From Meyerozyma guilliermondii (lineage: Eukaryota): a stretch of 64,000 nt of DNA. The stretch spans positions 310,001-374,000 of the forward strand of contig CP128819.1 of NCBI GenBank assembly GCA_051546255.1, read 5' to 3'. Below the pieces are notes generated by a model that searched no databases, was not told the DNA's origin, and was given only the letters and a program-made list of their open reading frames with translations. Each line of letters starts with the position of its first letter. Position 1 is the stretch's first letter. Position numbers and translations under genes: made by a program. This document shows positions 10,805 through 21,917 of this stretch, piece after piece.

Positions 10805-13264
10805 ATGGGGAAGACACAAAAGAAGAATAGCAAGGGTCGTTTAGATAAGTACTATTTCTTAGCTAAGGAGAAGGGTTATAGAGCTCGTTCGTCTTTTAAA
10901 ATCATTCAAATCAACGAAAAATATGGACACTTTCTTGAAAAGTCCAAAGTAGTCATCGACTTGTGTGCCGCTCCAGGGTCATGGTGTCAAGTGGCGTCGA
11001 ATTTATGTCCTATAAACTCATTAATCATAGGTGTTGATATTGTTCCTATCAAGCCATTACCTAATTGCATAACATTTCAGTCAGATATCACAACTGAAGA
11101 TTGTCGCTCCCGGTTGCGGGGACATATGAAGACATGGAAAGCGGACACTGTTTTGCACGATGGAGCTCCGAACGTTGGTTTAGGATGGGTTCAGGATGCA
11201 TTTACTCAATCCCAATTGACATTGCAAGCATTAAAGTTGGCCGTTGAAAACTTAACACTTGGTGGTACTTTCGTGACAAAGATTTTCCGGTCCAGAGATT
11301 ACAATAATCTTATGTGGGTCTTTCAGCAGTTATTCGAGAAAGTCGAGGCCACAAAACCCCCAGCATCTCGTAATGTGTCAGCTGAAATCTTTGTCGTTTG
11401 TAAAGGGTTCAAGGCTCCAAAGAAACTTGATCCACGTTTGCTTGATCCGAAGGAGGTGTTTGAGGAGTTGGCCGACGGACCCCAAAACAACGAAGCAAAG
11501 ATCTACAATCCTGAGAAGAAAGTCAGGAGAAGACAGGGTTACGAAGAGGGTGATTATCTTTTATATCATGAACTTCCAATCCTTGACTTTATCAAAGATG
11601 AAGACCCCATCAATACATTGGCCACGCTCAACAAGTTGACTATGCCAGACAAAGATAATCATGAATGGAAGATCGTCAAAAAGTTGAAATCGTATACTCC
11701 AGAACTAGTTGAGTGTTTCACTGACTTGAAGGTTTTGGGGAAAAAGGAATTCAAGCATATATTGAAGTTCAGAAAGCAAGCCAGAGAACTCTTGGGCCTT
11801 GATGTACCTGAAGAGACCAAGCCAGAAATAGAAGTTGAAGAGCTCACAGAGGATCAAAAGATAGACAAGGAGCTCCAGGCAATGACCGAGAAACAAAGAC
11901 AGAAAGCCAAAAGAATCAAGAAAAACGCCAATGAATTGAAACAGAAGGAAATCCAACGTATGCAAATGAACATGTTGACAGACATGAATGTCGGTATTGA
12001 CGCTGCAAAGATTGGGTCTGAGTCACTTTTCAACTTGAGCACCGCTGAGAAGACAGGAGAACTTGACAAATTAGCAAAAGGTAAAAGACAAATGATTTTC
12101 AGCAATGAAGAAATTATTAAGGACAACGATATTTACGTTGACGAAGACGCACCTCAGGAGTCTGATGATGAGCTAGATGCCCTTGAAGCACAATTGGATG
12201 ATATGTATAGTGCTTATCAGAATCGAAAGGCTGAAAGGGATGCTAAATTCAGAGCTAAGCAGAGGCGTGGGGATGATGACGACGAGCCTTGGGAAGGACT
12301 TCAGTCTGATAAAGAGGAGTCGGATGTCGAGATGGCAGACAACGACGATGATCACAGCTCTGACTCAGACGACGATGAGCATATATCGACACTCATTGCA
12401 GAACAGAAGGCCAAGAATGGATTGTCTCGTCAAGCGAGTCTGTTCTTTGCTTCAGACCCCATTTTCAATGCGTTCGATGATGAAGAATTGTTGGCAGAGA
12501 TGGGCAATGACGAGTCTAAACGAGGTGCAAGCTCGACTAAACCACAAGAGCCTGCTGTTTCTGAAACTAAAGATATCGCTGACTCCAGTGATTCTGAAGA
12601 CGATCAAGGATTCGAGATTGTGAAATCCAATAATGACGATGACGAGATCGACATAAGTTCTTCATCTGATGAAGAGTCGGGTAGCAAGAAAAACCACCTG
12701 TGGGACATAGACCTTGCAACAGTAGAGGCCATGACTATGGCTCACCAGTTGGCCTTGGGACAAAAGTCGAAGAACGACTTGGTGAATGAAGGTATTAATA
12801 AGTATTCGTTCCGTGACCACGAAGGCTTACCAGATTGGTTTGTTGACGAAGAAAAGAAGCACTCAAAGATCACAAAATCCATAACCAAAGAGGCTGCAGC
12901 TGCCATCAAAGAGAAGCAAAAACAGCTCAATGCTCGTCCGATTAAGAAGGTATTAGAGGCTCAGGGCCGGAAGAAGATGAGAGCCTTAAAGAGACTTGAA
13001 AAGTTGAAGAAGAAGTCTGACTTGATTAATGAAGATAGCGCGAAATCTGAGGCAGATAAGGCTGACGAGATCCAGAAGCTTATGAGAAAGATGACGAAGA
13101 AACAAACCAAGAGACCAAAGGCCACAGTTGTGGTTGCGAGAGGGTCTAATAAGGGTTTGAGCGGCAGACCGAAGGGTATCAAAGGAAAATACAAGATGGT
13201 TGATGGTGTTTTGAAGAATGAACAAAGAGCATTACGGAGAATTGCGAAAAAGCATCGCAAGTAA
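10805..13264 (+). CDS. SPB1: AdoMet-dependent 27S pre-rRNA methyltransferase Spb1
   Basis: MGKTQKKNSKGRLDKYY start, FtsJ domain (DLCAAPGSW) and Spb1 C-terminal domain. Confidence 0.98.
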   Translation: MGKTQKKNSKGRLDKYYFLAKEKGYRARSSFKIIQINEKYGHFLEKSKVVIDLCAAPGSWCQVASNLCPINSLIIGVDIVPIKPLPNCITFQSDITTEDCRSRLRGHMKTWKADTVLHDGAPNVGLGWVQDAFTQSQLTLQALKLAVENLTLGGTFVTKIFRSRDYNNLMWVFQQLFEKVEATKPPASRNVSAEIFVVCKGFKAPKKLDPRLLDPKEVFEELADGPQNNEAKIYNPEKKVRRRQGYEEGDYLLYHELPILDFIKDEDPINTLATLNKLTMPDKDNHEWKIVKKLKSYTPELVECFTDLKVLGKKEFKHILKFRKQARELLGLDVPEETKPEIEVEELTEDQKIDKELQAMTEKQRQKAKRIKKNANELKQKEIQRMQMNMLTDMNVGIDAAKIGSESLFNLSTAEKTGELDKLAKGKRQMIFSNEEIIKDNDIYVDEDAPQESDDELDALEAQLDDMYSAYQNRKAERDAKFRAKQRRGDDDDEPWEGLQSDKEESDVEMADNDDDHSSDSDDDEHISTLIAEQKAKNGLSRQASLFFASDPIFNAFDDEELLAEMGNDESKRGASSTKPQEPAVSETKDIADSSDSEDDQGFEIVKSNNDDDEIDISSSSDEESGSKKNHLWDIDLATVEAMTMAHQLALGQKSKNDLVNEGINKYSFRDHEGLPDWFVDEEKKHSKITKSITKEAAAAIKEKQKQLNARPIKKVLEAQGRKKMRALKRLEKLKKKSDLINEDSAKSEADKADEIQKLMRKMTKKQTKRPKATVVVARGSNKGLSGRPKGIKGKYKMVDGVLKNEQRALRRIAKKHRK

Positions 13265-14262
13265 TTATAATAGTTGGTGCTGGTCTGTGCCTAGAGCAAT
13301 AGAGATAATGTGATCATTCAATAGACAAAGAAGTTTTTATGCGCTGTTACGTAAGTCTGGGTATTCCAAACGTGTTCGTGGTCTATTTTGGGAAAAATGT
13401 GCAGCAATTTCCCCCAGCGTGGTATGTTTAGACGATCTTGAATAATATGCAGGATTTATAGCGGACGAAGATTTGAATAAAAAGCGCCATAACAGGCCCA
13501 TGTTAACCAAAGCAGTTCTAATGGCTTTGGCGTTGGATAACATAACAGGTAATGATGTCTCAATTTTCATGTAGTTGTTTTCTGAGCAAACAGGTCTCGT
13601 TTTCGATAGCTCAGCCATCAATGTTAAAATGAACTAGTGACCCGCATTTGCATGCATTAAAAGAGGCAATGTGCCGGATATTCCGGGCTATAATGATCAT
13701 GCACAGATAATAGTGCATCATAAGTGCATAATGTGGCCGATCCCTTTCGTTCTATCGGATAATTAGTCGCACTCATTTAAAAGTTCTTTCTCTTTACTTT
13801 ACAAGTTTTGGGTTTCACTAAACTCTTTCATTTTAGTTAGCCGCTCCACAGAGTGGTGAAACCATCGTTTCAGACGCGCCGCTCCTGCATCGTATAAGTC
13901 GTCTCAGTAACAAAAGGCTGCTCCACCTCTGTTTAAAGAGGAAAAAAAGACGACAGCAAAGACACGGCCTTTCAACCTTCCGCCTTTACTACTTGCTTCA
14001 AGGAGACGAGTGAATACTCTGCTCTGCGGCTACCATACGGCTAGTTTTGGCATCCTGCTTTCCCTGAATAGCGTCCATTCCTTTTGGTTTTTATTTCACT
14101 CACTTTGTTCAACTTTTTTGCCGACTACGTTCGTTCCTTTTTGCTAGCCACAAACTGTCACAGCTATCACAACCCCAGTGTGCATCCTAATTCAAACTAT
14201 AATCATTCCTAGCAAACCTTTATCTTCTCGGTCATCGTGCTATTGTCTCGTCATCGTTCAGC

Positions 14263-16158
14263 ATGTCATCATTGCCAATCCCATCGCATATGAGCAGTGG
14301 AGGGGGCAGAATGCACCGCCATCGTCGTTCGGGTGCCATCTCGGGTGACTTTGATGCCATGGGCTTGGGGTTATTTTCGTCGCCTCCTCCTTTTGCTCTG
14401 TCCGCTTCGTCAAACCAAGGTTTACCCTTATCCGATGACTTGGATAGACACTTCCAATTTGATAACGAAAAAGACTTTACAAACAAACCAATCTCGTCCA
14501 GCTTTGCCTTTCCATCCAAGAGTCCAGACCCTTCATATCCAGCTTCTCCACAGCATAGTTGCGCGTCTCCAATTAGACGTCCACGTCCTTCTTCAGTGCT
14601 AAACTCCCCCATCAGAATGGCTTCGCAAAATCGTCCCCAGTCACAAGTTAACTCTCCACTGACGAAATTTTTCATGACCGAAGAGACTAGTTTAGACGCT
14701 CAAAATGTGCCGGACCCCCTCATTGACTTAGATGATGTACTTCATTCAAATTTGCATATCGGTGATCAGTCTACCATTGGAACGCCGCATGATGACTTCT
14801 TGGCTTCGCCATTCATCAAACCAAATGCGAGTCCTTTCGTATCATCCCCTCTCTCGGTTCAAAATACGACACTTTTTCACCAGCCGATACACGAAGCAAC
14901 TGCCGATGATATTGCTGAAGAGCTCGAAGACAAGAAAGGCACAAGAGTTTCAGATGATGATTGTGAGATTTTCGCCCAAGCACCAAATACGCTTACCGAT
15001 TTTTATTACAATGGTTCTTGCAACTCGTCAACTTCGAGCTTGAGAAGTTTTTCTAATTCAAACAAGGTCACCAATCAGATGATTGAGAAAACATTCTCAA
15101 ATGGATCAAAGGACTCTTATAACTCTGGTCAGAACCAGCTCAATTCGATTAATACTCCCCCCTCCAAACGGTCGGGGGCAATGGCTAATCGTTATCAGTC
15201 ATTTTACGATCAACTGTATAAGATTTCGAATGCTTTGAAAGTTTCCTCATCAGAAAGTGTCAATTTGACTGTATCTACTAGCAATGATGTGGCTACTAAC
15301 GATCTGAAAGAACGAACTCTAGGACATCTGAAGAGTTTGCAAAGTTTAAAGTCTACCTCCATGAAACGTAAGGTTGCCAAAGGAACACTAAGGTTTCAAG
15401 ATGCGAGAGTGCACTACACACCACATTTGGCGATGGAGTCTACCAGTATGGAACGCCCTTCGGTGATGCTCAGATTGAGCTCGAAAACAGGGCTGAATTC
15501 TGAGAAACCTTTGGCTCCTAAACCTTACGCCGAACCTGTGGAGCAAACGCTACGCGCACATATGGAGCCCTTACTTGCCTCCAAGTTGTCGTCTAACAGC
15601 CCCAGTAGTTTAAAGTCTGAGACTTCATCGACTATTCTATCCGCGAATAGTACAGTCCAGTCGACCGATCATTCATCATTGTTGTCTGGCGGTGAGTATA
15701 ATAAGGCGAAATCGTGGACTTCACTAAATGAAGAGAAGCCAAGCAAGGCACCATCCATAGTAGTGAGCACTGATTGTGAACAGGTTCCTTCCCCATCTAC
15801 GGGCTCTACGTGCCAACAGTTTCCACCTAATAATGTGGAAGATGAACTTGCTGTCTCCTCGCGAACTTCTATAATAATTGATCCGTCTGTAGAACAGACA
15901 TCCCCTAAGAAGAGTCCGAGACGAGCGGCCTCGCCTATTGAACTGTCATTTTTACGAAGCACTCAAATACCCAAATATGTCCCAAAAGATCTGACTACGC
16001 GAAGTCAGAAAATAGGGCACCGAAAATCAAAATCAATGTCACTATTGCTACACCGCTCATTTTCGGCAATCTCAAACTCGTCCGAGGTGACAGCCCTGGG
16101 GTCACCCGAAAAGCGGCACAGAAGATTTCGTGACTGGTTCAAGAAGTATAACGATTAA
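14263..16158 (+). CDS. Ser/Pro-rich disordered protein, probable Lre1/Hlr1 family
   Basis: HRHRRSGAISGDFD and PLIDLDDVL motifs. It lies between SPB1 and APA/QCR7, as LRE1 (SPB1..APA1) and HLR1 (beside QCR7/APA2) do in S. cerevisiae. Confidence 0.6.
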   Translation: MSSLPIPSHMSSGGGRMHRHRRSGAISGDFDAMGLGLFSSPPPFALSASSNQGLPLSDDLDRHFQFDNEKDFTNKPISSSFAFPSKSPDPSYPASPQHSCASPIRRPRPSSVLNSPIRMASQNRPQSQVNSPLTKFFMTEETSLDAQNVPDPLIDLDDVLHSNLHIGDQSTIGTPHDDFLASPFIKPNASPFVSSPLSVQNTTLFHQPIHEATADDIAEELEDKKGTRVSDDDCEIFAQAPNTLTDFYYNGSCNSSTSSLRSFSNSNKVTNQMIEKTFSNGSKDSYNSGQNQLNSINTPPSKRSGAMANRYQSFYDQLYKISNALKVSSSESVNLTVSTSNDVATNDLKERTLGHLKSLQSLKSTSMKRKVAKGTLRFQDARVHYTPHLAMESTSMERPSVMLRLSSKTGLNSEKPLAPKPYAEPVEQTLRAHMEPLLASKLSSNSPSSLKSETSSTILSANSTVQSTDHSSLLSGGEYNKAKSWTSLNEEKPSKAPSIVVSTDCEQVPSPSTGSTCQQFPPNNVEDELAVSSRTSIIIDPSVEQTSPKKSPRRAASPIELSFLRSTQIPKYVPKDLTTRSQKIGHRKSKSMSLLLHRSFSAISNSSEVTALGSPEKRHRRFRDWFKKYND

Positions 16159-16230
16159 ATGTATTGGTGTAATGGTTGCGTGTATAGTGATTAAATATGA
16201 ACCAACAAAGATTAGCATCTACATTAAATC

Positions 16231-17175
16231 ATGGATTATAATCTCGATGAAAAGTTTCTTCAGGACTTGACCAGCACGTTCGATGCTGCTGTTGCGAGTA
16301 AAGCCGTAGTGTACAATGGCTCTGGCACAAGCAAAGTCGTCCAGAGAGAGATGAACGGTACCACAGTCAACTTTCAGATTACTGAGCTAACAAACTTGAC
16401 TCACCGGCCAGACAATATGTCTGGCAAACCATCCAACAATCCGTTCGAGAACCCAGAGCCTGAATTGACTGTACGGCCCACATATGGCGAGCAAGGTGAA
16501 TTCAGAGTAGTCTTGAACAAGTTTCCTGTCATTCCACACCATTTTTTGCTCATTACCAAGAAGTATGAATCTCAAAACAGTCCTTTGTCTCCAATTCAGC
16601 TCTTTGACACGATCCGTATACTCATACACTTGAAGAAATCCTCTACTAAAAACTGGTTTGCTTTCTACAACTGTGGCCCAGAAAGTGGAGCGTCTCAGCC
16701 GCATAAGCATATTCAATTTTTAACGTTGCCAGAGAATTTCATTTCATATCCTGAAAAGATGATATCTACTGCTGCCCCGTTCGTGCCAGACTCCCAGAAT
16801 GAACCACTTCAGGATGCTAACTTGCCTTTTGCTCATTTCGTGGCTAAATTTCCATCTATTGAAAAACTTGACAAAGAAACTGTTTCAATGTATTTTGCGT
16901 CCTTGTTGCAAGCAGTCTTAAACGTTCAGAACCGGAATGACTCGAATCATATATCTTACAACGTTGTACTCACGACCGAGTACATAATGCTTGTTCCGCG
17001 TTCTCATGCGAAGTATGAAAGCTTGGGAGTAAACTCGTGTGGAGCTTTGGGATTGTTTTTATGCAAGAACTCGCAATTAGTGGACATGATTGAAAAGGTC
17101 ACCCCTGAGAAGATATTGCTCGAATGTGGGTACCCCAACAGCGCAGACTTAAAATTCACAGAGTACGACTACTAA
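16231..17175 (+). CDS. APA2: Diadenosine tetraphosphate phosphorylase (Apa1/Apa2)
   Basis: NPFENPEPEL, LNKFPV and FYNCGPESGASQPHKHIQF (HxHxQ motif). Confidence 0.95.
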   Translation: MDYNLDEKFLQDLTSTFDAAVASKAVVYNGSGTSKVVQREMNGTTVNFQITELTNLTHRPDNMSGKPSNNPFENPEPELTVRPTYGEQGEFRVVLNKFPVIPHHFLLITKKYESQNSPLSPIQLFDTIRILIHLKKSSTKNWFAFYNCGPESGASQPHKHIQFLTLPENFISYPEKMISTAAPFVPDSQNEPLQDANLPFAHFVAKFPSIEKLDKETVSMYFASLLQAVLNVQNRNDSNHISYNVVLTTEYIMLVPRSHAKYESLGVNSCGALGLFLCKNSQLVDMIEKVTPEKILLECGYPNSADLKFTEYDY

Positions 17176-17275
17176 AAAAATACACATATTGCCAAATTAG
17201 GAAGTCTAGAGCGTCCAATGAAACTGGTGCGAATTTTCTTTTGAGTGCACAATCATTCAAACACCTCTGTCCAAA

Positions 17276-17656
17276 ATGGCATCTATGACATCTATAGTGA
17301 AGACGGCCGACTACATCTTGTCGAGGCCAACATTGTCTAAGATCATCACTCCAATTTCCAAAGCGTTTGTTTCCTATGCTGGATACAGGGAGATGGGTTT
17401 AAAATTCAATGATCTACTCATTGAAGAGACCCCAGTCATGCAAAAGGCCATTTCCAGATTACCCGAAGATGAACTGTACGCTAGAGTTTACAGAATGCTT
17501 ACTGCTCATCAGTTGTCCTTGTCCCATCAACTTCTTCCCCCTAACAAAGCTGTCAAGCCGGAAGAAGACACTCATTACTTGGTGCCATACATCTTGGAAG
17601 CTGAAAAGGAAGCATTCGAGAGAGTGGAGTTGGACAACATTGATGTCGCTAAATAG
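17276..17656 (+). CDS. QCR7: Cytochrome bc1 complex subunit 7
   Basis: AGYREMGLKFNDLLIEE...YARVYR...AHQLSLSHQLLP. Confidence 0.97.
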   Translation: MASMTSIVKTADYILSRPTLSKIITPISKAFVSYAGYREMGLKFNDLLIEETPVMQKAISRLPEDELYARVYRMLTAHQLSLSHQLLPPNKAVKPEEDTHYLVPYILEAEKEAFERVELDNIDVAK

Positions 17657-17767
17657 ATATAACGCTAATGCATAAGTACGGAGAGAACTCGTTACATGTA
17701 AGCTGTAAATTTGATCTATGTTGTCTATTATAATCTATAATGGCATGTAATGCATGCAATAGTCACA

Positions 17768-18682
17768 TCAGCTCCACATACCGACCCTAAATTTTCTCAA
17801 TTGCTCCAAAACCAAGAAAGTAACAATTGTATGAGGTCCGAGTCTAATGAAGGATGGGAGCCATCCGCGGAACATGAATCCAGCACCCTCATTCTTCACT
17901 GCGTTGGTCAATATTGAAACAGCGCTGCCCCCTTGTCCCTTCGCGTTCATGATCCTAGTCTTAACGACATCTGCTGGTGAACAAACTGTCGTAGCCACAA
18001 GACCTGCAAGCAACGAAGCACTAAAATGTGTTGATTTCTTTGAGGGATCCAAGTTCAAAGAGTCTACTAATAGCTTCTTTGCGATGTCATAAGTCACTAC
18101 TTGTGATGCTGTCATTAAAATTCCACGAATAAGGTTGGGAGTCAAACCCCGAAACAATGACAGGGTGCTCTCCTCCTTAATTATTCGGTAGATACCATCA
18201 AATGCATTCTTGTAGTTACGCCTTTGCTCCTTGGGTAACGTCGAGTCGTTTTGCATCCTTATGTTAACAACGTCCGAGGGGTTTCCAACAAGTCCACCTA
18301 AGGCTCCTGATACCATAGACATAGGTAATAAGACTGCGGTCGTTGGGGTTACTTTATAATGGTCAACGTAAGTTTCTTTCAAAAACTCATACACCCCAAA
18401 ACGAGCCGTAGAATATGTAGCTTGGCGAAGGAGCGAAGCAGTCAATCCCGAGTAGATTTTGAAGAAACCTTCATTCTTTATGATTTGGTACACCATTGAC
18501 CCTAAAGATTGTCCTCTTTGAGATGCGGTTTGAAGTCTTACCTTGGCAAGATCTAGCGGATGGGTCACTAAGCAAGCAGCCATACTGGCAGCTCCACCGT
18601 ACCAAAATCTGTTGTTAGTCTCAGCTCACGATAAGTTTAAGATATACACCTACGGATAATTAACCTTGGTCGTAGAAGGCAT
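17768..18682 (-). CDS. DIC1: Mitochondrial dicarboxylate carrier; 2 exons (18682-18654, 18608-17768), 45-nt intron
   Basis: Intron GTAGGT...GACTAAC-AACAG at 18653-18609. Splicing gives MPSTTKVNYPFWYGGAASMAACLVTHPLDLAKVRLQ, the typical Dic1 start, followed by three carrier repeats. Confidence 0.93.
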
Positions 18683-19258
18683 TGGTAATTTGTTAAGAAG
18701 TTTGAGTCAAGTACGTTCCTGAATAAAAAAAAATTGGTTTTGTGTCGCTGATCGGAGATGTGCGGATGGGAGGAGTTGGTGTTATCGTAATCCGAGTAGG
18801 TCTAGGAGCGTATATGTCTCTTAGCTCGTTCGTCGTGGAATATGAAACAAGATTCTCACTTAAGTATCCAATTTTGATGAATAACTGAGGGGTGAGGTTG
18901 CGGAAAAACTCGGAGAGAGAGCTCCGAGACTTGAAACCCCACTTCAGCCTCACGCAGTCCCGGCGTAAAACGGGTTAGATAATGTTTATAGCATAGGTTA
19001 CTTGAGGTTCAGTGCCAACTGTTCATATAATGCTCCTAGACGTTCCTCTAGAACTGCTTTATCCATAAATGATACAGTACATACTATTGCATGCTACTTG
19101 AACAGATGTCAGGGTAAATGCGATTCAGTCCGCATTCTCAATTAAATGTTATTTGTGAATTTGCAAAATTTAGCCAAATCACATAATAGCTCCACTCCGG
19201 ATTGCGAGTAACCGAGAAGAAATTGAAAATGTATTCAAATTACCTATACGTACCCTCT

Positions 19259-20836
19259 TCAAACGTTCAGCTTGTGCTCTACCAGCGCCTTGGTATCCAG
19301 AGCTAAGCTAAAGTGGTCAGAGTCTTGTATCCTATCATCATCAATATCGTGCACCGTCAAAGTCTTGTGGAACCGTTCCGGACCCAAAAATATGAAGACA
19401 ATCATGTATGCGAAAACTGCACCACAAAATATCGCCATCACCTTACCATAGTCGTAAGCATCCGTAGCTCCTCCGAGCTTGACGGGGAATCGAGTGCCTA
19501 TCTCTGCCTCAATGGTGGATGATGCCGATGATGCCAAATTCCCAAGTTGATAAGTGAGACCCGAGAGAAACGTTCTATGTGTCGTGTTCACTAGTTCCAA
19601 GAGATGTACAGGAGCCACTCCCCAGGCACCCATCACCCCAAAGTTCAAAAAGAAGTACCCACCAATAATGCCACTTACATTACTGGAGAAGAAAGATGGG
19701 TACAAAAAGGCGCCGCTAAAAATGCAGCAAATTATGATAGTGAGTCGCCTTCCAAGCAACTCTGTGAGTTGTCCGAAGAAGAGACCACCACAGATGGCCC
19801 CCAAATTTACCACGACCATAATAACAGTCTTTGCATCTGGCCCTATTCCATGCTGTTTCACTAATAATGTGATGAACAAATCCTGAGACCCATGGGACAT
19901 GAAGTTGAAGCCGGACATCAAGAATACCAAGTAGACGAACATTAACCATTCTGTTTTCATTGTTGTGAGTATACTTCTGTCAAACCACAGATCTACTACA
20001 CCCAGCTTTGCTGCAAGCACTTTCTTCTCCTTCTTCATATTGATGAATGTCTTAGATTCAGGGAACCATAACCTCCAAACAATAAGAATGAGTGGAAGTC
20101 CAGCTGAGAACCAGAAAAGCGCTCTCCAACCTTGATCCCCTTTGTATGTATCTCCAAAAGCTCTGAAAAACACGACGGCGAGCAAATATCCCAAGTTGTA
20201 TCCCGGGAGAAAAAGGCCAGAGAGTATAGAACGTGCTTTCGGAGGCTGGTCTTCAAGGGCTGTGCATGATGCCACCCCGTACATTGCACCCATAGCAATT
20301 CCAAATAAAGCACGTACTGCTAAAAATTGGGGATAAGTCTGAACAAAGCCAGTTCCAATCTCTAAAACGACGAATAACCCACAAATGAAAATATAAGGGT
20401 ACTTCCTTCCGAAATAATCGGACATTATTCCAAAGATAAAAGCGCCAACAGATCTAAGCATCAAAACAAGTGTCACTCCCCATGTGATCTCTGTAATATC
20501 CACCTGCAAAGTATGAGCAATCTCTGGGGCACTTGCTGATACGCAAAAGAAGTCCATAGAATCTACTGTCCATGCAAGAAAGCCAAGGAGATAAAAATTC
20601 CAGTTGGAAGAATTCATCAATTTCAAACCTGGTATTGGGTTCAATACCTGCCAAACAGTCAGCTCTGTCTTGCGAATGGGAATATCAAACAAGGTAGTGA
20701 TTCTAGTCGCTAAGTATTTCTTGACCGCCGCTTTTGAGATATCGGGCTTTTCATTGTAAAGATCTTCTTCCCTAGCTTCATGAATGGAAATGGAACTATT
20801 CGAGGACTCCTCTGGAGGATTATCCACCTTTGTCAT
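19259..20836 (-). CDS. Jen-family carboxylate/H+ symporter (MFS), paralog A
   Basis: ITWGVTLVLMLRSVGA, DYFGRKYPY and signature NFMSHGSQDLFIT; ATG at 20836. Confidence 0.93.
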   Translation of the reverse strand: MTKVDNPPEESSNSSISIHEAREEDLYNEKPDISKAAVKKYLATRITTLFDIPIRKTELTVWQVLNPIPGLKLMNSSNWNFYLLGFLAWTVDSMDFFCVSASAPEIAHTLQVDITEITWGVTLVLMLRSVGAFIFGIMSDYFGRKYPYIFICGLFVVLEIGTGFVQTYPQFLAVRALFGIAMGAMYGVASCTALEDQPPKARSILSGLFLPGYNLGYLLAVVFFRAFGDTYKGDQGWRALFWFSAGLPLILIVWRLWFPESKTFINMKKEKKVLAAKLGVVDLWFDRSILTTMKTEWLMFVYLVFLMSGFNFMSHGSQDLFITLLVKQHGIGPDAKTVIMVVVNLGAICGGLFFGQLTELLGRRLTIIICCIFSGAFLYPSFFSSNVSGIIGGYFFLNFGVMGAWGVAPVHLLELVNTTHRTFLSGLTYQLGNLASSASSTIEAEIGTRFPVKLGGATDAYDYGKVMAIFCGAVFAYMIVFIFLGPERFHKTLTVHDIDDDRIQDSDHFSLALDTKALVEHKLNV

Positions 20837-20902
20837 ACTTTGGCTAGTCTGATACTCAACTTTAGAATTGAAGTGGGCCACCTATATTTATTACTTTCTA
20901 TC

Positions 20903-21000
20903 GTGGGGGTTGCGATCCGGGTTTGAGTGGGGTTCTCTTTTAGTGGCAGATGCCGTACGTCAATCTGCATATAACCTTCGATAAGTGTGGGGAAGTGGGG
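20903..21000. promoter_or_regulatory. Cluster of four Mig1/CreA-type GC boxes (GTGGGG) upstream of JEN paralog A
   Basis: GTGGGG at 20903, 20927, 20987 and 20995. JEN genes are known to be glucose-repressed. Confidence 0.6.
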
Positions 21001-21917
21001 GAACCCGCGTGAATACTTTCCCACCGTGACTTCATGGGCAACTATAATCACTGGCCTCCTGAGAAGAACCTTAGCAAGTTCAGCTCTAGCATACGTGAAT
21101 GTGCTACTATAACTGTATGGAAACAAAATGTTCTTCTTCTATATCCCATTAGTTCGTGAGATCGGCAGCATCGGAGTTGAGATGTTTGCTCCGATCGTGC
21201 GGCTCAGAGCCAAGATTTGTGGGTGCCAAGGAAGTTGTCAACTAAAGCTGCGCAGACTTGTTTCTCGAGTAACCTTCAAACACTAAATACTCTCACGAGC
21301 TTTTATAGTGAAAGCATTGATGGAAATGCCACCCGAGGAAAGCTGCGAAACCAGGCTTATTTGCGGAAATTTGGAGCATCAAACAGCAAATTGCAGCACG
21401 CGGTTGAATCTAAGGCGAAATGCACTATTGCATGTACGGAGTTAGAGAACAGCCCACACATAGAGGAACTGTATCATGCTTATGTTCAAAGGGGGTCGAC
21501 GGTATCTGTTGTAGCACCGCTAGGATAAGGGATGAGAAACTGAACAAATTTTACTTGACATACATCAACATCTCACACATTTACACGAGGTACTTTTGAG
21601 AAAGGAACGAGCTCGTTACAGAGCCGATTATGTTTGTACATGAAATTGAACTCTTTTGCTAGCGGGACGAAGAGTCCGTTGCAACATTGAAGTGAAAATA
21701 CGATCATCGAAATGAATCAAGTAAAATGAGGTTGCCCAAATACAATAAGTTCGAAAGACACACTGAGCTTAATACTGACACTAAAGGTACTACTCCTACG
21801 AGGTGAAACGTGGCTGAACGAAACTCAACGATCCTCACAAAAAGGTTTTTTGTTTCAATTCGCAATTCAATGTTCTACTATTGTTCAAAGGCTGTTCATG
21901 GTACTTTTGAAGCTAAG

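Noticed and set aside
13270..14260. ORF 13337-13621 or an upstream exon/ncRNA in the 1 kb intergenic region
   Set aside because: No recognisable product and no convincing splice signals. It is more likely a promoter and long pyrimidine-rich leader.
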